A stretch of 64,000 nucleotides of DNA from Candidatus Nomurabacteria bacterium (GTDB lineage: Bacteria > Patescibacteriota > Minisyncoccia > Phycocordibacterales > UBA9973): the NCBI GenBank assembly GCA_003155695.1, contig PMDZ01000005.1:49913-113912 (forward strand), written 5' to 3'. A program made the position numbers and the translations under genes. Shown piece after piece: positions 25,980 through 35,697 of the stretch (the first letter of the stretch is position 1; every line of letters starts with the position of its first letter). The notes beneath the pieces are model-generated. The model had not been told where the DNA came from and did no database searches. It saw only the letters and a list, made by a program, of their open reading frames with translations.

Positions 25980-27224
25980 CTAAACAAATTTTTTGGGAAT
26001 TGGGAATTTCTTGGCAAGTGATTTTATTTCTTTGTGAACTTTTTCTTTTATCTTTTTATCGTCTTTATTTTTGAGTGTCATTATCATAAGCTCGGCAACA
26101 CGTTTGCATTCTTTTTCTTTAAATCCACGGGTTGTAATAGCTGGAGTTCCAAATCTTATTCCTGACGGGTCCATTGGCTTTCTGGTATCACTGGCAATCG
26201 AATTCATATTGAGAGTGATTCCGACTTCATCAAGAACTGTTTGAGCTTCCTTGCCGGTGACACCCAATGAACCGAAAACGTCAGCTAGAATCAGGTGATT
26301 GTCCGTTCCTCCGCCGATCATTCGAATTTTATTCTTATGAAAGACTTTTTCCATTGCTTTGGCGTTTTTCAGAATCTGTTGGGCGTATACTTTGAATTTC
26401 GGCGTCATTGCTTCACCGAAAGCCACAGCCTTGGCGGCAATTGTGTGCATATGTGGACCGCCTTGAATTCCCGGGAAAATGGATTTGTCGATTTTCTTGG
26501 CAATTTCTTCATTGTCACGGGTAAGAATGATTCCACCACGTGGACCGCGAAGTGTCTTGTGAGTTGTCGAGGTAATAATATCGAAACCATCATCAAATGG
26601 ATTACGTAATACTCCGGCAGCAATCAATCCGGCAATGTGAGCCATATCAGCCATCGTTATTGCTCCAACTTCATGGGCAATATCCACAAACTTTTTATAA
26701 TCAAGCGAACGAGGGTAAGCCGAGAATCCGGCAATGATTAATTTTGGTTTTTCTTTTTGGGCTACACGTCGCATATCTTCATAGTCAATTTCTCCTGTAT
26801 CAGGATTTTTCATTTTATAAGTGACAAATTTATAAATCTTTGCAGGTAGAGTCATCGGATGCCCGTGAGTCAAATGCCCACCATGAGACAAATCCATCCC
26901 CATAACTGTGTCTCCTGGGGAAAGCAGAGCAGCATAAACAGCCAGATTGGCCGGAGCGCCGGAGTGAGGCTGAACGTTGGCGAATTTGCATTTAAATAGT
27001 TTGCAAACACGCTCGATAGCCAAAGTTTCCACTTGGTCTGTCCATTCCTGCCCACCATAGTACCGTTTGCCCGGATAACCTTCGGAATATTTATTGGTAA
27101 AAATCGAACCGTTGGCTGTCAAAACGTCTTCCGATACGTAGTTCTCGGAAGGAATGAGCTCCAACCCTTCAGCCTGTCTTTTTTCCTCCCCTTTTATAAG
27201 CTTTTCTATTTGTTTATCTTTCAT
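25980..27224 (-). CDS. glyA: Serine hydroxymethyltransferase
   Basis: LIPSENY, NKYSEGYPGKRYYGG, HGGHLTHG, TTHKTLRGPRGG; start moved to MKDKQI. Confidence 0.97.
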   Translation of the reverse strand: MKDKQIEKLIKGEEKRQAEGLELIPSENYVSEDVLTANGSIFTNKYSEGYPGKRYYGGQEWTDQVETLAIERVCKLFKCKFANVQPHSGAPANLAVYAALLSPGDTVMGMDLSHGGHLTHGHPMTLPAKIYKFVTYKMKNPDTGEIDYEDMRRVAQKEKPKLIIAGFSAYPRSLDYKKFVDIAHEVGAITMADMAHIAGLIAAGVLRNPFDDGFDIITSTTHKTLRGPRGGIILTRDNEEIAKKIDKSIFPGIQGGPHMHTIAAKAVAFGEAMTPKFKVYAQQILKNAKAMEKVFHKNKIRMIGGGTDNHLILADVFGSLGVTGKEAQTVLDEVGITLNMNSIASDTRKPMDPSGIRFGTPAITTRGFKEKECKRVAELMIMTLKNKDDKKIKEKVHKEIKSLAKKFPIPKKFV

Positions 27225-27302
27225 TATTTTTGAAAAATTAGATTTGTAATATTTTGATTTTAGCATATTTGGCAAAAAAGAAGAAAAGATTATAATAGGA
27301 GT

Positions 27303-28268
27303 ATGAAAAGTTATGAATATTATGAAAATCCAGATGAAGAATATCTTTCGCTCATGAAATATATTCTAAGCAATGGAATAAATAGAGATGATCGCACTGG
27401 AATAGGCACAAAAAGTGTTTTCGGACACCAGATGCGTTTTGATTTATCAAAAGGATTTCCTCTTTTAACTACAAAAAAAGTTTTTATTCGTGGTATTATC
27501 CATGAATTATTGTGGTTTTTAACTGGAGATACAAATATAAAATATTTAGTGCGTAATGATGTAAAAATATGGAATGAATGGGCTTTTCAAGTATATTTAG
27601 AAAAAAACAATTTAACAAAATCACTTGCTCGATATTCTCCAGAGTGGACTGAAAAACTGAATTGGTTTATAGAACAAATAAAAACAAGTGATGAGTTTGC
27701 AAAAGAATGGGGAGAACTTGGCCCTATTTATGGAAAGCAGTGGAGAAAATGGGAGACACCTAAAGGTCAAGCCATAGACCAGATTCAGAACGTCATTGAT
27801 ATGCTAAAAAATGATCCTTCATCTAGAAGGATAATTGTTAGCGGTTGGAATGTAGGAGAAATTTATGACTTGATACATGACCATAATCATGCTCCGCCAC
27901 CTTGTCATTCTCTTTTTCAGTTTCATGTATTAGACGGAAAACTTTCATGTCAATTATATCAACGTAGCGCCGATTTTTTCCTTGGTGTGCCATTTAATAT
28001 CGCTTCTTACGCACTTCTAACAATGATGGTCGCTCAAGTCACAGGATATAAATTGGGAGAATTTGTCTGGACTGGAGCAGATATACACTTATATTTGAAT
28101 CATCTTGAACAAGCCAAATTACAAATTTCAAGAGAGAACGATATCCGACCGTCGCCAAAAATGAAAATAAATCCTGAGGTAAAAAATATATTTAATTTCA
28201 AATATTCGGATTTTGAAGTCGTAGATTATAATCCTCTCGATGCAATCAAAGCGACTATCGCCGTATAA
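27303..28268 (+). CDS. thyA: Thymidylate synthase
   Basis: [42 protein letters not shown]. Confidence 0.98.
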   Translation: MKSYEYYENPDEEYLSLMKYILSNGINRDDRTGIGTKSVFGHQMRFDLSKGFPLLTTKKVFIRGIIHELLWFLTGDTNIKYLVRNDVKIWNEWAFQVYLEKNNLTKSLARYSPEWTEKLNWFIEQIKTSDEFAKEWGELGPIYGKQWRKWETPKGQAIDQIQNVIDMLKNDPSSRRIIVSGWNVGEIYDLIHDHNHAPPPCHSLFQFHVLDGKLSCQLYQRSADFFLGVPFNIASYALLTMMVAQVTGYKLGEFVWTGADIHLYLNHLEQAKLQISRENDIRPSPKMKINPEVKNIFNFKYSDFEVVDYNPLDAIKATIAV

Positions 28269-28272
28269 ACAT

Positions 28273-28773
28273 ATGATATTATCAATCATTTCAGCCATCG
28301 GAAAAAACAACGAAATCGGCAGGAAAAATGCCCTTCTTTGGGATTTGCCTCGCGACATGAAGCATTTCAGGGAAACAACCCGTGACCACACGGTAATAAT
28401 GGGACAGAAAACTTTTGAGTCTATCGGCCGACCTCTTCCAAATCGACGAAACATCGTAATCACCCTAAATAAAGATTTCCGAGCTGAGGGAATTGAAATC
28501 GTCTATTCACCGGAAGAACTTAATGAATTATTAAAAAAATCTGAAAACCAAAACGAAGAGGCATTCATTATAGGCGGAGGACAAATATATAAATTGTTTA
28601 TTGATAAAGCCGATAAACTTTATATTACTCACGTTGACGTGGAATTCCCCGATGCAGATACATTTTTCCCCATTATAGATATGACTAAATGGAAAAAAAC
28701 TAAAAGCGAAAAATATCTTACTGATCCATTCAATAAATACAATCTTGAATTTGCGGTATATGAAAAAAAATAA
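28273..28773 (+). CDS. folA: Dihydrofolate reductase
   Basis: W.LP.DMKHFR, VIMGQKTFESIGRPLPNRRN, IIGGGQIY, DTFFP; start moved to MILSII. Confidence 0.96.
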   Translation: MILSIISAIGKNNEIGRKNALLWDLPRDMKHFRETTRDHTVIMGQKTFESIGRPLPNRRNIVITLNKDFRAEGIEIVYSPEELNELLKKSENQNEEAFIIGGGQIYKLFIDKADKLYITHVDVEFPDADTFFPIIDMTKWKKTKSEKYLTDPFNKYNLEFAVYEKK

Positions 28774-28790
28774 ACCCTGATCGGGGTTTA
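28771..28790. terminator. Hairpin between convergent folA and kinase genes
   Basis: TAAACCCTGATCGGGGTTTA flanked by A and T tracts; includes both stop codons. Confidence 0.65.
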
Positions 28791-29345
28791 TTTTTTATTT
28801 AATTTTTCGATTATCTTATCGATTTTTTTGTACATTTCTTCTTTCTCCCCTTCATTGACTATCGTCCAGTCAGCGCGAGCAATCGGTCCGGCTTGATGAA
28901 GATTCTCTATTTGGGCATAATCTCTCGATACAACATCCTCCTTCGATAGCGGACGAATGGGACGATTGCTCATTCTCTTTATCCGTATTTCCGGCGAAGC
29001 ATAGACGGCAAGAGTTTTAAATGAGTCCCCATACTCTTTTTTCATTTCCAAATATTCTTCCCAACTATATAAACTTTCAATTATGACACTGGAATTTTTA
29101 TATAATTCTTTTATTTTTGGCAAACTTAAAATTGCATAAGAGCCCATCCCTAATTCTTTTCGAATTCTTTCTCTTGTCATTCTTTCATTGGCTTCATTTA
29201 TTTGAAGGTTTACTCTTTTCATCTCATCGAAAGTGACATCACCAAAATAAACTCTTGGCCAATTTGTTTTTTTAAGTAAATATTCAATTACTTCCGTCTT
29301 CCCAGCTCCCGGCAAACCAACAACCGCTAAAATTATTTTAGACAT
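28788..29345 (-). CDS. P-loop nucleotide kinase (UPF0200/CoaE-like family)
   Basis: VVGLPGAGKT Walker A, R..R lid, AD.TIVNEG. Confidence 0.8.
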   Translation of the reverse strand: MSKIILAVVGLPGAGKTEVIEYLLKKTNWPRVYFGDVTFDEMKRVNLQINEANERMTRERIRKELGMGSYAILSLPKIKELYKNSSVIIESLYSWEEYLEMKKEYGDSFKTLAVYASPEIRIKRMSNRPIRPLSKEDVVSRDYAQIENLHQAGPIARADWTIVNEGEKEEMYKKIDKIIEKLNKK

Positions 29346-29346
29346 A

Positions 29347-29886
29347 TTATTTTTGATCTCCGTAAGTCATCATATCATTATTTAGTAATTCGTATTTGAC
29401 TCCAGCCTCCATAAATATTTCCTTACTACGAGTTCCGGCATGATAATCTTTCTCTGCTACCACCCTCTTGATTCCGGCATTTATCAACAGTTTTGCACAG
29501 GTGTAACACGGGGTCATCATGCAATACAGGGTAGCTCCTTCAGTGCTGATACCCATCCTCGCCGCTTGAGCAATGGCATTCTCTTCATTGTGACTTGTTC
29601 TAATGCAATGTCTCGATTGTGTCCCATCTTCATAAGTAACAGTGTTCATTTCGTGCCCTATATCATCACAGCTCCTGCATCCAGCAGGAGCACCAACATA
29701 GCCGGTTGAAATTATATGTTTATCCTTAACAAGAACACATCCTGTTCGTCCCCTATCACAAGTTGCTCGAGCTCCTACGGCATGCATTATTCCAATAAAG
29801 TATTCATCCCAAGATGGACGCACATAAGATACCTCACTTGGTTTTGCAATTGGGGTAATTTTTTTTGTTTGTTTTTTCATAACCAT
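29347..29886 (-). CDS. dCMP deaminase family protein
   Basis: RPSWDEYF, ATCDR, HNEENA (HxE), PCYTC (PCxxC). Confidence 0.92.
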   Translation of the reverse strand: MVMKKQTKKITPIAKPSEVSYVRPSWDEYFIGIMHAVGARATCDRGRTGCVLVKDKHIISTGYVGAPAGCRSCDDIGHEMNTVTYEDGTQSRHCIRTSHNEENAIAQAARMGISTEGATLYCMMTPCYTCAKLLINAGIKRVVAEKDYHAGTRSKEIFMEAGVKYELLNNDMMTYGDQK

Positions 29887-29984
29887 TATTATAACTTGTT
29901 ATAAAAAAATTACCTAATAATTATAAACCCTTATAATTAAGTGTATATTTGTATTTTTCACTTTGCCATTATACTAAATTTTTA

Positions 29985-30455
29985 TTATTTAATAGGATTA
30001 TTATTTACCGGGACAGATCGTATCTGAATCGAAGTTGCATTGACACTACCATCGGAATTGGCTGTACCAACTACTATAACTTGATTACCGGTAGAAACAT
30101 CGGTTGCTGTACCACTGACAGTTTTTTCAACTGTGGTCGTCGGAGAATAGAATACAATTTTTGACCCGCTTTGTGTTTGCATCGCTCCACCATTGTTACC
30201 GCCAAGCTGGACGGTTAAACTTTTATCATCTTTAGAAATAACTTGTCCAGAGACAAAACCTCCACTGTTTGCTACTCCACGCATCATTCCATTGCCAGTT
30301 CTTGAAGTTCCATTTTGATTGAAACCATTTGGAATGTTAGCAGCAAAACTACTAGAAGAACTTTTCGAATTAGCATATTTCATTCCCCCCAAAAAACTAA
30401 GACCTGCGATAACTAAAACGATAACTATAGCTCCAATAATTTTTTGATTTTTCAT
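29985..30455 (-). CDS. Membrane-anchored OB-fold-like protein at end of exporter operon
   Basis: N-terminal TM, Gly/Asn linker, G.VISKD and DGSV.A..IQ motifs. Confidence 0.65.
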   Translation of the reverse strand: MKNQKIIGAIVIVLVIAGLSFLGGMKYANSKSSSSSFAANIPNGFNQNGTSRTGNGMMRGVANSGGFVSGQVISKDDKSLTVQLGGNNGGAMQTQSGSKIVFYSPTTTVEKTVSGTATDVSTGNQVIVVGTANSDGSVNATSIQIRSVPVNNNPIK

Positions 30456-30488
30456 ATAATTTTAAATACTTTTATTAACTAATAATTT

Positions 30489-31706
30489 TTACTCATACCT
30501 TAACGCCTCGATCGGGTTAAGTTTTGATGCACGCTGGGCAGGATAATATCCAAAAACAATTCCAATGAGAGCTGACACTCCAAATGCCAAAAATACGGAT
30601 GACAAAGACACCTGTGCTTGTAATATTCCTAGAACCGTCACTCCTAAGGATATTCCCCATCCCAGCAGTACACCAATTACTCCACCAATGAAAGTTAACA
30701 CAACAGCTTCAATCAAAAACTGACGATTGATATCTCTGCGTTTAGCACCGATTGCTTTACGTAAACCAATTTCACGAGTTCGCTCTGTAACAGTGGTCAA
30801 CATCATATTCATAATCCCTATACCTCCAACAACAAGTGAAATCCCAGCCACTGCAGCAAGCAGTGTTGTAAAAGTTCCCGTTACCGAAGAAGCAGTAGAA
30901 ATAATATCCGCTTGGTTCATTGTAGAAAAATCTGCTGATGCTCCGTCTAAATTGTGTCTAGTTAAAAGGGTAGAAGTTATATCGGCTTGAACCGTAGCTG
31001 TAGCCTCCGCACTTACTGCTGATACACTAATTGAAGTCACATATTGATCACCTGAGAAGTAACGCTGTGCAGTCGTCAATGGGATATAAATCATATCATC
31101 AGGATTTTGAAAACCTGAACCGCCCTTAGTTTTTGTTAAACCGATTATTTTAAATTGTATCCCTTTTATTCTGATTATCTGCCCGATTACATCGGCTCCT
31201 TCTCCAAAAAGGTCAGCCTGAACTGTCGGACCGATGACAGCAACTTTTGCTCCACTTGAATTCTGTTGATCTGAAATAAAATCCCCTTGGTCTATTTGCA
31301 AATTTCGAACCGTTGGATAACTTGAAGTAACTCCATCAATTGTTGTGTTTGTATTTGTTCCTTTTGCAGTTACTTGATAACGGCCAGATACTTCTGGAGC
31401 AACAGCTTCAACAGAATTAAGCGAGGTAAGAGCATTGGCGTCTTCTATCGTTAGAGTTTTTGCTGAACCACGTCCTTGGTTTACTTGCTGTCCTACGCCT
31501 CGTGGAGCTCCCGGCGAAACAACTATCAAATTTGCTCCAATTGATTGAATTGAAGAGGAAATAGAATTTTGAGCACCAGTCCCAATAGCAGTCATAGCGA
31601 TGACAGATGCAATACCGATAACAATTCCGAGCATAGTTAAACCAGAGCGAACTTTATTCCCTCTCAATGCCATAAATGTTTCTTGTAATATATCTTTTGT
31701 TTTCAT
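30489..31706 (-). CDS. MacB/FtsX-family ABC exporter permease
   Basis: RS.LTMLGIVIGI, VGGIGIMN.M..TVTERTREIG.RKAIGA, PIEALRYE; start moved to MKTKDI. Confidence 0.93.
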   Translation of the reverse strand: MKTKDILQETFMALRGNKVRSGLTMLGIVIGIASVIAMTAIGTGAQNSISSSIQSIGANLIVVSPGAPRGVGQQVNQGRGSAKTLTIEDANALTSLNSVEAVAPEVSGRYQVTAKGTNTNTTIDGVTSSYPTVRNLQIDQGDFISDQQNSSGAKVAVIGPTVQADLFGEGADVIGQIIRIKGIQFKIIGLTKTKGGSGFQNPDDMIYIPLTTAQRYFSGDQYVTSISVSAVSAEATATVQADITSTLLTRHNLDGASADFSTMNQADIISTASSVTGTFTTLLAAVAGISLVVGGIGIMNMMLTTVTERTREIGLRKAIGAKRRDINRQFLIEAVVLTFIGGVIGVLLGWGISLGVTVLGILQAQVSLSSVFLAFGVSALIGIVFGYYPAQRASKLNPIEALRYE

Positions 31707-31707
31707 T

Positions 31708-32415
31708 TTAAATATTTTTAATGACCTTTTTAGCGTGCAAATTATTGTCACTAATTATAAGACCATCTCGGATAGTAATAATTCTGTCAGCATGCTCGGC
31801 AACATCTGGCTCGTGAGTAATTAAAATAATTGTTCTCCCCTGCTCTTTGTTTAATTTTTGAAACGTACCAAGCACAATTTCTCCTGTCTTTGTATCAAGG
31901 TTCCCAGTCGGCTCATCAGCAAGGATTAGTGTTGGGTTATTAACCAGAGCGCGAGCAATCGCTACGCGCTGAATTTGTCCGCCGGAGAGTTGATTGGAAA
32001 GATGCGCAAAGTGAGCTTCATCCAGTCCACTCGCAAATAAAGATGCTCTGGCACGTTTCTCTCTTTCTTCTTCTCTCACTCCATCGTAAATCAGAGGCAA
32101 CATTACATTACGAAGAACTGTTGTACGCGGAAGTAAATTGAAGGATTGGAAAACGAAACCAACTTTATCCTTACGAATATCGGCAAGTTCGTCGTCGGAA
32201 AGAGTTGAAACATCTTTACCATCAAGATAATAAGTTCCGGAAGTTGGATTGTCCAATGCTCCTAATATATGCATCAGAGTTGATTTACCTGAACCGGATG
32301 GACCCATAATCGCCACAAATTCTCCATCATTTATTTTGAAACTAACGCCATTAAGAGCATTAAACGGCTCATCACCTGTCTGGTATGTTTTTATAATATT
32401 TTTTATTTCTATCAT
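31708..32415 (-). CDS. ABC exporter ATP-binding subunit (MacB/LolD-like)
   Basis: [28 protein letters not shown]. Confidence 0.95.
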   Translation of the reverse strand: MIEIKNIIKTYQTGDEPFNALNGVSFKINDGEFVAIMGPSGSGKSTLMHILGALDNPTSGTYYLDGKDVSTLSDDELADIRKDKVGFVFQSFNLLPRTTVLRNVMLPLIYDGVREEEREKRARASLFASGLDEAHFAHLSNQLSGGQIQRVAIARALVNNPTLILADEPTGNLDTKTGEIVLGTFQKLNKEQGRTIILITHEPDVAEHADRIITIRDGLIISDNNLHAKKVIKNI

Positions 32416-32418
32416 AAA

Positions 32419-34062
32419 TTAATCTATAGGTCTAAATGCCGCTCCACCACCGCCGCCTCTATTTCCACCACCACTGACAGCACCTAGAATACTAGGGGCT
32501 GAGGATTTCTTAGTCGTCGTTGTTGTTGCATTAGTAATAGTTTTAGTAACAATAATATCTCCTTCTTTTAACCCTGAAGTAATTTCGGTATCAGTATCTC
32601 CGACTAACCCAGTTGTAACTTCTGTTTGTGTTGGGGGTATAACCGAAGGAGAACCCTGTGCCCCAATAAGAGTTGGTGCAAGTGGAGTACTGAATGTCTC
32701 TACATAACTTGTCCCATTTTGAGTTTTAACCGCACTACTTGGTATAACAATGACATCTTGAGCACTATCTGTGATAACTGTCACCGAAACACTCATTCCT
32801 GGTTTAACCCTGTCATCTCCCACATCTAAACTAATTTTGACATTGTATGACACTACTCCTTGAGATACCGTTCCAACAGAATCAATTTCTGAGACAACAC
32901 CAGTGACAGAAAGACTATCTATAGCATCAAAGGTAAGAGTTGCTTTTTGTCCAAGTTTAATCTTAGCTATATCAACTTCATTAAGCGATATAGTAGCTAG
33001 TTGTTGTTTTGTGATAATAGTTCCAATACTTGACCCCGATGATTGACCAACTTGAGCAGTTAAGGTCGCAATCACACCATCAAATGGAGCATAAACAAAA
33101 CAACCATCGTAAGCGTCCTGTTTTGACTGTTCAGATAGTTGTGCAGCTTGAATATCTTGTGAAGTAACACTTGTCGCTGTATCTTCTAGAGACTGAGTAT
33201 CTTCTTTTATGTTATTTATTGCTGACGATAAACTATTTACATAACTGTTCGCACTGGAGAGCCATGAAGAAATATTTGTTCTGGTTGTAGAAGTGTTTGT
33301 ATCACTTGTCGCTATATCTAAATCAGCAACCACAGTATTAAAAGCAGTTTGAGTATCCTTTATTGCAGCCGATATTAGTAAAGAAGACTGATAACTTTGA
33401 TTCATTAAATTACTAATATCATTTTGGGAACTTGATCTGGATAAAGTTTTAAATAACTTAGTTAAATTATCTATACTGTCTTTTGCTTTATAATAACTAT
33501 CCTCTCCAGTAGAAACTTTTTCTCTACTAGAATTTGATGTTTTGGCAATATTTTGATAGCCAAGATATCCACTACCATTGTAAAGGCTCTCTAGGTTATT
33601 ATCCATAACTATCATGTCAGAGAGAAATGTTGAGACAGTATTCCATCCACTATCATAGGCATCCGCTAACCCGTTTTGTTTTTGAAGTAAAGTCAAAGTA
33701 TCTGGACCTTTGGTTAAATTATCAAGACTAATTTGAGCATTAATAAGTGCCATTTTAGCATCACTAGAATCAACACTGGCGATAAGTTTTCCCTTTTTTA
33801 CACTATCTCCAACGGAAACTCCAACATAATTTATAACCCCAGAAGTTTTAGGACTAAGAGTTATTGTATTAGATGCTTCTATTTGACCGGTCCCAGTGAC
33901 ATTGGTTGTAATACTGCCTTTCTGTACAGTTTCTGTAACATATTGGGTTTCTCCGCTAGTTTTACCTTTAAAAAAGACAAAATAGACACCTAGTACAATA
34001 ATAATTAAGGTAATTCCCGAAATGATTTTGTGCGACGATATAAATGTTTTTGTTTTTTGCAT
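32419..34062 (-). CDS. Efflux membrane fusion/adaptor protein (MacA/HlyD-like)
   Basis: N-terminal TM, V.VGD.VKKG lipoyl half, long coiled coil, APFDG, KPGMS, GL.EGD. Confidence 0.88.
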   Translation of the reverse strand: MQKTKTFISSHKIISGITLIIIVLGVYFVFFKGKTSGETQYVTETVQKGSITTNVTGTGQIEASNTITLSPKTSGVINYVGVSVGDSVKKGKLIASVDSSDAKMALINAQISLDNLTKGPDTLTLLQKQNGLADAYDSGWNTVSTFLSDMIVMDNNLESLYNGSGYLGYQNIAKTSNSSREKVSTGEDSYYKAKDSIDNLTKLFKTLSRSSSQNDISNLMNQSYQSSLLISAAIKDTQTAFNTVVADLDIATSDTNTSTTRTNISSWLSSANSYVNSLSSAINNIKEDTQSLEDTATSVTSQDIQAAQLSEQSKQDAYDGCFVYAPFDGVIATLTAQVGQSSGSSIGTIITKQQLATISLNEVDIAKIKLGQKATLTFDAIDSLSVTGVVSEIDSVGTVSQGVVSYNVKISLDVGDDRVKPGMSVSVTVITDSAQDVIVIPSSAVKTQNGTSYVETFSTPLAPTLIGAQGSPSVIPPTQTEVTTGLVGDTDTEITSGLKEGDIIVTKTITNATTTTTKKSSAPSILGAVSGGGNRGGGGGAAFRPID

Positions 34063-34077
34063 GATAATTTTAATTAA

Positions 34078-34575
34078 TTAATTTGTTTTAATTGGTTCCG
34101 GAAGTGGAGCCGGTAATAATCTTATCAACATAGCTTCAATTTGACCGGAGGAATCAGGAGACCCGATAACGACTATATGGTCATCTAATTTTAATTCATT
34201 CGTAGTTACGACATCTCTTGCCATACGGATTTCAGTCTTGTCGTTTATTATAATAACTTTTTCAGTTTTGTCTTTTTCGTCCGAAACTATAATTGTTGGC
34301 AATTCTATCTTAATAATTTTACCAATGGCTCCATGAGCATTCGGTAAATTACTAAAATCGCCACCCATCATCTGCGGACCCCTATTCGGCAAACCGAAAT
34401 TCATGGCATAATTATCTCCCCAGTCACGGCCAAACGTCGCTTTTCTGAACCCGGCAAACATCCCCATTTGAAAAATAAGAAAAGCAACTGCCAAACCCCC
34501 AAATATATAAATAATTACTCGGAAACTTTTGGATTCCAAAACTTTTTTAATATCATTTTTTAATTCATCTTTCAT
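34078..34575 (-). CDS. Membrane-anchored hypothetical protein, first gene of exporter operon
   Basis: One TM then HGAIGKI and G.P..SGQIEA..IR beta domain. Confidence 0.65.
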   Translation of the reverse strand: MKDELKNDIKKVLESKSFRVIIYIFGGLAVAFLIFQMGMFAGFRKATFGRDWGDNYAMNFGLPNRGPQMMGGDFSNLPNAHGAIGKIIKIELPTIIVSDEKDKTEKVIIINDKTEIRMARDVVTTNELKLDDHIVVIGSPDSSGQIEAMLIRLLPAPLPEPIKTN

Positions 34576-34580
34576 ATATT

Positions 34581-34674
34581 TAGGTTCAAAGCAAATCTTT
34601 TCAAGAAAAAATGTCTGGCTCCTCGTCCTCCCTCATCCGAGGACTTTTTTATTGATAAGATTTGCGTAGAACTA
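34581..34674. repeat. Long palindromic element (related to 47126-47206)
   Basis: gttc-AAA-gcaaatctt...gaaaaaatgtctg...ctcatcc...tttttt...aagatttgc-GTA-gaac. Confidence 0.75.
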
Positions 34675-34682
34675 TTATAACT

Positions 34683-35081
34683 TTATATTATTGATAATTT
34701 ACTTTTAAATTGACGGGATGCTCGCCTGATTGAAATAAACAGGATAAATAACAAAAAGAGCGAGACAACCAGACTGGCAATCGGTAATGAATCGGCAAGC
34801 GAAAGAACGTATTCTTTCCAGTATAAAGCGATGACACCACTATCCGAAAACGCCAATGATAGATACTTAAAGAATCCTAGCCTGGTGGCTTGTTCGATAA
34901 GAATCTTGATAGATAAAACACTTCCAGATAGTGACAACACGCTTAGGCTCAGATAGCCAAATCTTTTCCATTTGGTTATGTGAGAACTTTTATATTCAAT
35001 TAGGCTAAAGACATCCCCGGAAAGTCGACCTCCCGGAAGGTACATTGCGTTTTTGAATACTTTTTGCAAATTCTGTTCCAC
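34683..35081 (-). CDS. Putative membrane anti-sigma factor
   Basis: Directly downstream of ECF sigma; short cytoplasmic N-terminus plus 2 TMs; GTG start. Confidence 0.6.
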   Translation of the reverse strand: MEQNLQKVFKNAMYLPGGRLSGDVFSLIEYKSSHITKWKRFGYLSLSVLSLSGSVLSIKILIEQATRLGFFKYLSLAFSDSGVIALYWKEYVLSLADSLPIASLVVSLFLLFILFISIRRASRQFKSKLSII

Positions 35082-35088
35082 GATTATA

Positions 35089-35116
35089 TATACGAATCAA
35101 TTACAGTTTTGGTGCA
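35089..35116 (-). promoter_or_regulatory. Putative ECF promoter overlapping sigma gene stop
   Basis: TGCACCAAAA-12 nt-CGTATA, 7 nt before the GTG start. Confidence 0.45.
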
Positions 35117-35658
35117 ATCATTTCTTTCAGTTTTTTCAGCGCTCGATGATGGTAGCTTTTGACTGTATTTAGAGGCTTGTTAAGCAGTTGCCCTATTTCA
35201 TTGAAAGTCATATCTTCCTGATAATAAAGAACAAGAACTTCCTTATAATGAGCAGGCAGTTTATTAAGAAGATTATTCAATAATTCTTTGTCCTCAAGTT
35301 TTATCAAAGCCTCATCGGGCAAAATAACATCATCTTCAATACTATCGGTGAAAGGTTCTTCATCACTATCAAGCGAAGAGAAAGTTACACTTTTTTTCTT
35401 TCTTAAATAATCGATAACGGTATTGCGAGTAATTGTCAAAATCCAGGTTTTAAAGCTGGCACGATTAATATCAAACTTCTTTATATTTTTCCAAACTTTT
35501 ACAAAGACATCTTGAACGATATCCTTACCATAATCAAGACCGACGAATCGCACCGAGAAATTATATACGGAGGGAGCATATCTGTCTATCAACAACCTAA
35601 AAGCATCTTGATTTCCACCAAGATGTTCTTTTATCAGATACTCGTCGTTATTTTCCAT
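35101..35658 (-). CDS. ECF RNA polymerase sigma factor (1)
   Basis: DIVQDVFVKVW, FKTW..TI.RN..IDYLRK, region 4 EIG.LL..PLNTVKS..HRA. Confidence 0.93.
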   Translation of the reverse strand: MENNDEYLIKEHLGGNQDAFRLLIDRYAPSVYNFSVRFVGLDYGKDIVQDVFVKVWKNIKKFDINRASFKTWILTITRNTVIDYLRKKKSVTFSSLDSDEEPFTDSIEDDVILPDEALIKLEDKELLNNLLNKLPAHYKEVLVLYYQEDMTFNEIGQLLNKPLNTVKSYHHRALKKLKEMIAPKL

Positions 35659-35697
35659 CCCTCTAATATACTACTAATTTAGATTTTAGAGAATAAA

